A stretch of 20,000 bases of DNA from an uncultured virus (IMG/VR IMGVR_UViG_3300008339_000034) (taxonomy: Duplodnaviria > Heunggongvirae > Uroviricota > Caudoviricetes). Below are positions 9,252 to 15,288 of this stretch, piece by piece. Both the position numbers and the translations under genes were made by a program. The notes beneath the pieces are model-generated. The model ran no database searches. It had not been told where the DNA came from and was given only the letters and a program-made list of their open reading frames with translations. Numbering within the stretch: the first letter of the stretch is position 1; the number at the start of each line of letters is the position of its first letter. Location of the stretch: the IMG/VR virus record IMGVR_UViG_3300008339_000034; one strand, written 5' to 3'.

Positions 9252-9482
9252 ATGAATAGAATAATAAAGAGTACATTGATTGCCATTGCGGCAATCAGTG
9301 GTTTGGTTTGGGTAGTAGCAAGTGGCTTCATGACTGTGTATTTCAGAGCAGGAATGGTCGCGGATTGGGGCGAAGAGTTCACCAAGGTCGTAGAGTGGGT
9401 CTTCGCCTTCGGATGGATGGTGCCAATTGCAGTGCTGACCTGGATTGATATGGCACACACAAAGAGAAGAAGAACCGTCTAA
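9252..9482 (+). CDS. Small two-TM membrane protein (76 aa)
   Basis: ATG 9252 at motif +1; MNRIIKSTLIAIAAISGLVW...; basic C-terminus. Confidence 0.75.
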   Translation: MNRIIKSTLIAIAAISGLVWVVASGFMTVYFRAGMVADWGEEFTKVVEWVFAFGWMVPIAVLTWIDMAHTKRRRTV

Positions 9483-9509
9483 CGACGGTTTATTCTTTCT
9501 CATAGTGCT

Positions 9510-9683
9510 ATGAGTAAATACAGAGAGATTCCAAGCTTGTTCCTGATAGGATTGGGCTTGATGGCTGCATGGGTTGCCTTGACAGCGTGTCCTATTGGTA
9601 GTCCTATTCAGTACTTCAGTGCATGTATTGCACTAGGTTACTGGGCACTTGCACTATTGAGTTGGCCTCGAAAGAAAGCCTAG
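9510..9683 (+). CDS. Small two-TM membrane protein (57 aa), not in ORF track
   Basis: MSKYREIPSLFLIGLGLMAAWVALTACPIGSPIQYFSACIALGYWALALLSWPRKKA*; motif upstream, hairpin AAAGCCC-TCAC-GGGCTTT downstream. Confidence 0.75.
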   Translation: MSKYREIPSLFLIGLGLMAAWVALTACPIGSPIQYFSACIALGYWALALLSWPRKKA

Positions 9684-9720
9684 AAGAAAGCCCTCACGGG
9701 CTTTTTTTCTTTCTTATAGT

Positions 9721-9845
9721 AGTAGGGATATCCTACTATTATGTACTCATCTGCCAAAGTGCGGTGAACGTAAAGCTAGTTCACGTAAGACCACAACATG
9801 GGGTAGCGCCCTTACAACTACCCTGCATATCAGGGTAGTTTTTTC
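9721..9845 (+). ncRNA. Candidate small structured RNA filling a motif-to-terminator unit
   Basis: Starts at motif +1 with hairpin AGTAGG-GATAT-CCTACT; GTGAAC/GTTCAC stem; ends in hairpin 9816-9840 plus T run; only an 8-codon ORF inside. Confidence 0.45.
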
Positions 9846-9856
9846 TTTTCTATTGT

Positions 9857-9976
9857 ATGAGATATCTAATAGTAGCAGTGGTGATTGTGGGACTGATGTC
9901 CTGCGCATCAGGTCGTGGTCACAGTTGTAGCAAGTCAAACAAGAATTACTGGCACAACGAGTTCAACAAATTCTAA
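9857..9976 (+). CDS. Small lipoprotein (39 aa), not in ORF track
   Basis: MRYLIVAVVIVGLMSC-ASGRGHSCSKSNKNYWHNEFNKF*; LMSC lipobox; ATG at motif +1. Confidence 0.75.
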   Translation: MRYLIVAVVIVGLMSCASGRGHSCSKSNKNYWHNEFNKF

Positions 9977-9980
9977 CATC

Positions 9981-9999
9981 AGGGGCGAAAGCCCCTTTT
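9981..9999 (+). terminator. Intrinsic terminator
   Basis: AGGGGC-GAAA-GCCCCT-TTT. Confidence 0.7.
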
Positions 10000-10067
10000 A
10001 ACTTGGATTGGGCTGCACTGTAATCTTAAGAACTAACTACGATAGAGAGTTTTTTCTTTCTCATTGT

Positions 10068-10256
10068 ATGGAGAAATATGAATATGTATTCGATGCGTTG
10101 GAGTCTATCGTGGTAGATATCCAATTAGAACTTAATGAGTCAGAGAATGACTCACACAAAGCGTTGGCTCGACTTGAACGGTCGTTCCTATCCAATGTAG
10201 TAGATCTACTGCATGAGGCTAGGAAATACCGTGAGTTGATAGAGAAAGGGTCGTAA
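10068..10256 (+). CDS. Small helical hypothetical protein (62 aa)
   Basis: ATG 10068 at motif +1 (MEKYEYVFDALES...); stop in loop of hairpin 10245-10264. Confidence 0.75.
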   Translation: MEKYEYVFDALESIVVDIQLELNESENDSHKALARLERSFLSNVVDLLHEARKYRELIEKGS

Positions 10257-10278
10257 GACCTTTTTTCTTTCCTATTAT

Positions 10279-10557
10279 ATGGAATCAAAAATAATGTTAG
10301 AACTACGGCTACAGATTGTGGAAGACATTCTGGGTAAGTTAGGTAGACAATTAGCAAAGGTAGAAAAGGAAACTTACAGGATTGAGGTGGAAAACAGAAG
10401 AAGGGAAAGAGTAGGTAAAAATCCACTCATCGGACTAAATCAAGAAGAGAAAGAAAGAAACGAAAGACAAAGTAAAGCATTAAGGATGGTGATGGCAACA
10501 GTAAGAATAGAATGGACTACTCTTACTAACCAACTAAAAAAGTTTAAGGAAGTCTAA
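10279..10557 (+). CDS. Coiled-coil hypothetical protein
   Basis: 92 aa, E/K/R-rich; motif-ATG unit; stop in loop of hairpin 10546-10567. Confidence 0.75.
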   Translation: MESKIMLELRLQIVEDILGKLGRQLAKVEKETYRIEVENRRRERVGKNPLIGLNQEEKERNERQSKALRMVMATVRIEWTTLTNQLKKFKEV

Positions 10558-10585
10558 CGACTTCTTTTTTCTTTTCCCTACTGCT

Positions 10586-10933
10586 ATGAGAGCCAACTCA
10601 CCCGAAGCTAAATCGTTGATTAACGACATGCTTCAAAAACACGCAGAGAATCTAGAAATGGAAATGCGCTACACTATCGAACGTCAATTAGATTTCTACA
10701 AATTGACCAAAGAAAGAACCGTGTCTAAAATGCTCGGCAACCTTCAGTCAGAGTTCACACTCACTCAACAGTTCAAATACCAAGAAAGCATCGGTGCTAC
10801 CTTGCGTGAAATGGAGAGAACATATCTCGAGTACTTCGGTAAGCCTTGGGATTACGTGGAACCTGAAGTAGCAGTAGAACCTGAAGAGAGTGACAAGCCT
10901 AAAGGCAAACGGGGTAGACCACGTAAAGACTAA
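10586..10933 (+). CDS. Hypothetical protein with C-terminal AT-hook
   Basis: Ends KPKGKRGRPRKD (RGRP core); UUCG hairpin 10938-10955 follows. Confidence 0.75.
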   Translation: MRANSPEAKSLINDMLQKHAENLEMEMRYTIERQLDFYKLTKERTVSKMLGNLQSEFTLTQQFKYQESIGATLREMERTYLEYFGKPWDYVEPEVAVEPEESDKPKGKRGRPRKD

Positions 10934-10971
10934 CAATAACCCCCTTCGGGGGGTTTATTCTTTCTTATCCT

Positions 10972-11259
10972 ATGAGAACATTATTCGTAATCCTATTCTT
11001 GTCCATGGCTTGTACAGCATGTGGACAACAAGTCAATGATTCATTGAAGATGACATCAGATGACTCAACCTTCGTAAGTAATGTCGTAAAAGACATGCAT
11101 CCCATATCCTACACAGCAACTAAAACTCACCACGGTGTAGTTCTAGTAATGGTCTTTGACAAGTACACTCTAATAGAGACACTTGTTGACGGCTTTGTGG
11201 AAGATCTAGCGGAACTAACACCTAAAGGTCTCATAGTGTATCCAAGGGAGTCTGACTGA
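10972..11259 (+). CDS. Exported hypothetical protein (possible lipoprotein)
   Basis: Signal MRTLFVILFLSMACTACG-QQ; motif-ATG unit. Confidence 0.75.
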   Translation: MRTLFVILFLSMACTACGQQVNDSLKMTSDDSTFVSNVVKDMHPISYTATKTHHGVVLVMVFDKYTLIETLVDGFVEDLAELTPKGLIVYPRESD

Positions 11260-11627
11260 CTCCTTTGGTACTCTAGGACATCCTACACTACCATCTTAAG
11301 TCCTAATCACCGTCCTCCGTTTTTTCTTTTCCTTCCTACTATTACCACCTCTTCTCTAAAAAAGATAAGCCTACACTACAATCTTACGTCCTAATTACGG
11401 CTTAACAGGTACAAGTTTGTGTAAGTTTGTAAGCCAAACGTTAAACAAAAAGTTAAACAAAACAGGGCTAGTCAAAAAATTCCCCGTGTTGAGACAAATA
11501 AAAGTTAAACAAAGCCAATAAGACCTCGCTTCGCTCGGTCATTTGCGTTTAACGGTCTTACGCCTAACGGCCGATATCCCCCCTACGGGGGTTTTTTCTT
11601 TTCCTTTTTGCCTAATTACTATTCAGT

Positions 11628-12209
11628 ATGAGCACAGTTAACGCTTATTCGGCTTGGGTTAACGGAAAAGGTTCCGTTAGCGTTCTATGTGGCGTAGAAT
11701 CCGACTCACTATCCGCCTTCTCACTCGGTTTGCAATCTCGTTTATTGCGTACCGCTATTCACACATTCTCTATGGATGTATTCGAAAAAGCCTTTGGCAT
11801 TAAAGCCGACGAAATTTCGCATACCTCTTCTAGCGAACCCTACAAATTCCAAGACAACGGCATCAGCCCTGTAAACTTGGAATCTGTTTTCGGTCGTGCT
11901 GTGCGTATCCAAATCATTGAAACTGCTGACTTTAACGAAGCCGTTAGTTACAAAATCATCAATGAAAAGGACGCTAACGGTAACTACATTGTTCGTGAAT
12001 CTGCCTTCAAATTGGACAGAGAAACCAAACAGCGTGTTACTGACGGACACGGCAACTTTGTGTATCGTAAGTGCTTCTTGCGCCCTGATACCAAGGACTA
12101 CGCTGACAAAGTAATGGTTGTCGCACAGCGTACTACAGCGGACCTCTCTTCACTTACAGAGAATGTTCCCGCAGAAGAAACTGCGAATGCGGACGATGTT
12201 CCCTTCTAA
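11628..12209 (+). CDS. Putative single-stranded DNA-binding protein
   Basis: 193 aa ending in acidic tail EETANADDVPF, like bacterial SSB DDIPF; OB fold not confirmable by eye. Confidence 0.55.
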   Translation: MSTVNAYSAWVNGKGSVSVLCGVESDSLSAFSLGLQSRLLRTAIHTFSMDVFEKAFGIKADEISHTSSSEPYKFQDNGISPVNLESVFGRAVRIQIIETADFNEAVSYKIINEKDANGNYIVRESAFKLDRETKQRVTDGHGNFVYRKCFLRPDTKDYADKVMVVAQRTTADLSSLTENVPAEETANADDVPF

Positions 12210-12218
12210 CAGTTAACC

Positions 12219-12247
12219 AAGAGCACCCTTCGGGGTGCTTTTGTTTT
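12219..12247 (+). terminator. Intrinsic terminator
   Basis: AAGAGCACCC-TTCG-GGGTGCTTTT then GTTTT. Confidence 0.75.
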
Positions 12248-12670
12248 CCCCTATATAGAGAGAGACAATAACAGTAGGAACCAAAGAGAGTAAAAAAGCA
12301 ACTGCTCTAACATCTTACGTTCTAATCATAAGCCACTTATTTGAAGCTAATTCATGCAATTTATCGCTATTTTACACCAAATAAAGTGCCTGAGAATTGC
12401 ATATTTGTGCACTAAACTACAGCAAAAAGCAAAGAATTGATTCTCATAACTAATTGATAATGAATGCATTAGAGAGATGGGGACTCATCCCCCCATAGTT
12501 TTATCTCTTCACTCTAAATTGCATTAGGTTAAGATAACTGACAACGACTTAATATAGATAAACTACAGATAGGGTTATATACGGTTCTATAGGACATTAC
12601 TATACCTCTCTCTATATCTACGGGTATTACTCTCTCTCTCTCTCTACTGTTAGTTGTTCTATATAGGGGA
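12247..12670. other. ~420-nt non-coding fold-back element
   Basis: Nested perfect inverted repeats: 12247-12259/12658-12670, 12269-12277/12644-12652, 12285-12293/12627-12635. Confidence 0.6.
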
Positions 12671-12796
12671 GTAGGGTAACAGTAGCCATGGTGTGCGATT
12701 AATCAATTTAAGCGGCTATACAATCTTACGGGCTAACTAATCTCTTCCTTATAGGCCTTTCTTTTTTCTTTCCTATCCTACTAATATTAGAAACCT

Positions 12797-13069
12797 ATGT
12801 CAGAACAAAATGAAAACCCAGAAGAGTTTCAACTAGACAGTGTATTTGAAACTATTAAACAACTAGACCTTAACGGTGAAAGAGAAGGATTGATTGCTAT
12901 TGGTTATGTAGACCTTGGTGAGCAAACATCTGTTCGTGCGACTATCCAAGGAAAAAAAGGTCAACTTGTACAAACATTAGCTGCAGCTTTAGATAGCGAC
13001 AGAGACTTAAGGGACCTTTTCCAAAAAGCCATGCTGTACTCTATGGCTAAGCAAGTTGGTCAGGATTAA
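12797..13069 (+). CDS. Hypothetical protein (90 aa)
   Basis: ORF 17 nt after motif +1 at 12780. Confidence 0.75.
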   Translation: MSEQNENPEEFQLDSVFETIKQLDLNGEREGLIAIGYVDLGEQTSVRATIQGKKGQLVQTLAAALDSDRDLRDLFQKAMLYSMAKQVGQD

Positions 13070-13187
13070 CTACAAAGAATTATCTTTGTGCTGAACCCCT
13101 TTTGGGATAGTATCCCTTAACCGAAAGTTCCCACCTGCATACCGTTAAGAAGCTACGCTCTTAGATCTGCTCGTGGGACTTTTTCAT

Positions 13188-13312
13188 AGTCAGGTGGCGG
13201 AATGGTAAACGCTACCCAGATAACAGCCGAAAGGTGGGGATTAATCAGAATAGTTATTCTGCAAAGCACTAACGAAACAGATTAATTACAGGTTCGATTC
13301 CTGTCCTGACTA
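13188..13312 (+). ncRNA. tRNA-like RNA without a canonical anticodon arm
   Basis: Acceptor AGTCAGG/CCTGACT-A, D arm GCG-GAATGGTAAA-CGC, T arm ACAGG-TTCGATT-CCTGT; ~75-nt structured insert in between; no encoded CCA. Confidence 0.7.
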
Positions 13313-13325
13313 CTAATAAGACACT

Positions 13326-13354
13326 AGAAGGATTCTAAGTAATCCTTCTTTTTT
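13326..13354 (+). terminator. Intrinsic terminator
   Basis: AGAAGGATT-CTAAGT-AATCCTTCT plus T tract. Confidence 0.7.
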
Positions 13355-13462
13355 CTTTTCCTTTATACTCTGACTTTACTGGTTATCTGGTAATGTTCTC
13401 ATAGCGTCAGAGTTTTTGAAGTTCATATATCTGTTTCCCTTAGCAATAGGGGAAACATTTAT

Positions 13463-13537
13463 GGCCCGTTCGTCTAGCGGTTAGGACAATAGGATTTCAT
13501 CCTAGAAACAGAGGTTCAACTCCTCTACGGGCTACCA
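13463..13537 (+). tRNA. trnE: tRNA-Glu (TTC)
   Basis: GGCCCGT/ACGGGCT acceptor, D arm, anticodon loop AT-TTC-AT, T arm AGAGG-TTCAACT-CCTCT, encoded CCA. Confidence 0.9.
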
Positions 13538-13731
13538 AACAAACTCTCTTACAGAATATAGGTTAGCACTATTGAAAGAAGACTTGACTTATGGGAAGTA
13601 GCTACCCATAAGCATTAATGACTCAAGGATAGCTGTAATGGATCCTGCTCTGATGTGCACGTCAACAGGTTATGGGGAACAAACCATAAGTAAAATCCAC
13701 AACTACGGTAATCGTAGAAGAGAGTTTGTTT
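13537..13731 (+). ncRNA. ~195-nt multi-stem RNA candidate immediately 3' of tRNA-Glu
   Basis: 14-bp perfect closing stem AAACAAACTCTCTT/AAGAGAGTTTGTTT plus several nested internal helices. Confidence 0.65.
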
Positions 13732-13784
13732 TAGTTATTAAGAAGAACCACATGGGATTGTCTAGTCTTATGTGGTTTTCATAG

Positions 13785-13818
13785 ATAGTCAGTCTTAACC
13801 GACTGACTATTTTCTTTT
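13785..13818 (+). terminator. Intrinsic terminator
   Basis: ATAGTCAGTC-TTAACC-GACTGACTAT then TTTCTTTT. Confidence 0.7.
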
Positions 13819-13873
13819 CTTATTCCTCCCTTCGGTCGGATTTTTTCTTTCCCTTTCTACTAATATCTGACCT

Positions 13874-14254
13874 ATGAGAAAAAGATTATCTAAAACAGTT
13901 GACGGTAAAACTTACGAGAGAGTTGATACCAGTCGTTTCTTCAGAGTTAAAGCGCGTTCTATTAAGAAAGCACTAGACAAACTTGAATTCATCCACACAC
14001 GGGAAGTTCGTGACATGTTCAGAAGTTTAACAGTCGATACCATATTGGCTGATAAGCGTGAAGCACGTGTTAACCTTACCTATAGGTTAGCAGTAGAGCA
14101 GGAAGTAACAATTCCTGTGAAAACTACTGTTCCTACTAGTTATAGAGAAACAGGTGATTTGGGATTTGGGTATCCCAAGTTCACACCCTGTAACTTTATA
14201 GAGCAACTACGTATGGTTAGAGAAATAATACCTACTGTGGGATGGATTGATTAG
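13874..14254 (+). CDS. Basic hypothetical protein (126 aa)
   Basis: ORF after motif +1 at 13859; terminator follows. Confidence 0.75.
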   Translation: MRKRLSKTVDGKTYERVDTSRFFRVKARSIKKALDKLEFIHTREVRDMFRSLTVDTILADKREARVNLTYRLAVEQEVTIPVKTTVPTSYRETGDLGFGYPKFTPCNFIEQLRMVREIIPTVGWID

Positions 14255-14259
14255 CCATG

Positions 14260-14290
14260 AAGCCTCTTGAGAAATCAGGAGGCTTTTTTT
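14260..14290 (+). terminator. Intrinsic terminator
   Basis: AAGCCTCTTGA-GAAA-TCAGGAGGCTT plus T run. Confidence 0.8.
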
Positions 14291-14314
14291 AACTGAACTT
14301 AACAAAAAAAATAT

Positions 14315-15202
14315 ATGAAAACATTTCCAGAGAACATCGCCAATACAGCTAAAATGCTTAAGGCGGTACTAGACACATCCGAAACTAGTAAGTTTCTAAC
14401 AACTGACGAAAAGATTCAACTAGAGTATGAACAATTGATTGGTAAAGACATCAATTATCCTCTTAAGAATCTTAAATTTATCTCTTCTGATGTTCCTCTC
14501 TATCAATTTGAGAGTCTAAACAGAGAAGTTGCTGCCTCACAAGCCAACAAATTAAGCAAGTCTATGCTTAAGATGGGTAATCTAAGAGCCATCGTTGTAG
14601 TTAAGCTGAAGTATAAGTCAAAAACTGCTCATTACTACATCTTAGATGGTCAGCATTTGTACACTGCACTCTTGAGTTTAAAAGTTACAGAGATACCTGT
14701 TGTAGAAATCTGTATTGATTCTTTGCCTTCTTTGGTAGAGAAAATTGCTTTGCTTAACTCCTCTTCTAAGGCATGGCAGTTGAAAGATTACATCGTAGCT
14801 TGGTCAAACATACACAGTGACTACGTAACTCTACTAGAACTACAGAAAAAGTATGACCTAGAGTATAGCATGATTGCTGCTATCTGTGCAGGTTTAGACT
14901 TAAAAGCAGGTACTCCAGGGGCTAACAGCATCAAAACAGGTAAGTTTAGAATCAAAAACTTAGCATCAAGTGAACAAAAGATGTCTGATATCAACGAAAT
15001 ATTAAACCAACTGCCACGTATGGATCGTGCAGCTAATAGATATTTTGTTATGTCACTCGTAAACTTGTTCCATGAGGTTAATTACACTAGAACTCATCAT
15101 AGAAAACTGATGCGTTTTGTTATAGCTAATAAGGACACCTTAAGGTTTGCATTAAACAATGTAACTGAACTTAAGCAATTCCTATTAAAAGCTTTTGATT
15201 AA
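14315..15202 (+). CDS. ParB/Srx-like N-terminal domain protein
   Basis: NREV...LSKSMLKMGNLRAIVVV...YYILDGQHLYTAL fits the ParB-N / DGQHR-like pattern. Confidence 0.65.
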   Translation: MKTFPENIANTAKMLKAVLDTSETSKFLTTDEKIQLEYEQLIGKDINYPLKNLKFISSDVPLYQFESLNREVAASQANKLSKSMLKMGNLRAIVVVKLKYKSKTAHYYILDGQHLYTALLSLKVTEIPVVEICIDSLPSLVEKIALLNSSSKAWQLKDYIVAWSNIHSDYVTLLELQKKYDLEYSMIAAICAGLDLKAGTPGANSIKTGKFRIKNLASSEQKMSDINEILNQLPRMDRAANRYFVMSLVNLFHEVNYTRTHHRKLMRFVIANKDTLRFALNNVTELKQFLLKAFD

Positions 15203-15208
15203 ACCTAC

Positions 15209-15236
15209 AGGGAAGTCATTGTACTTCCCTTTTTTT
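15209..15236 (+). terminator. Intrinsic terminator
   Basis: AGGGAAGT-CATTGT-ACTTCCCT plus T tract. Confidence 0.75.
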
Positions 15237-15288
15237 CTTTTCCCTTTAATATACTATATTAGTAATCTAAAACATTAAAAATAGTACT

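Larger units (their letters stand above)
10023..12739 (+). repeat. Dispersed 17-bp repeat ATCTTAMGNNCTAAYYA (5 copies)
   Basis: Copies start at 10023, 11293, 11381, 12312, 12723, all intergenic and co-oriented; variant at 11555. Confidence 0.7.
8661..13859 (+). promoter_or_regulatory. Dispersed repeated putative phage promoter TTTWTTCT-KTYYY(A/T/C)TNNT-R
   Basis: 15 conforming copies with predicted +1 at 8679, 9043, 9252, 9507, 9721, 9857, 10068, 10279, 10583, 10972, 11338, 11610, 12780, 13367, 13859; degenerate copies near 12241 and 15235. Confidence 0.75.

Noticed and set aside
9231..10067. ORF-track TTG starts at 9231 and 10008 (also 7875 and 17733)
   Set aside because: They fall in hairpins, promoter elements or upstream genes; ATGs at 9252, 10068, 7884 and 17760 fit better.
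8661..12780. CRISPR array or integron attC cassettes as explanation for the repeats
   Set aside because: Repeats are short, degenerate and irregularly spaced; no GTTRRRY attC layout, integrase or cas gene in the window.
13081..13088. TATCTTTG as a host-type promoter for the RNA cluster
   Set aside because: Matches TAnnTTTG but lacks the CTTGACT element at the spacing seen elsewhere and lies in a small hairpin; too weak to call.
13538..13620. Theta/HDV-like ribozyme after the tRNA
   Set aside because: Could not build the nested double pseudoknot by eye; the sequence instead forms a long closing stem. A descriptor search would be needed to exclude it fully.
13645..13700. Hammerhead ribozyme suggested by CTGATG
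   Set aside because: Core needs CUGAnGA and a later GAAA; here it is CTGATGT with no suitably placed GAAA.
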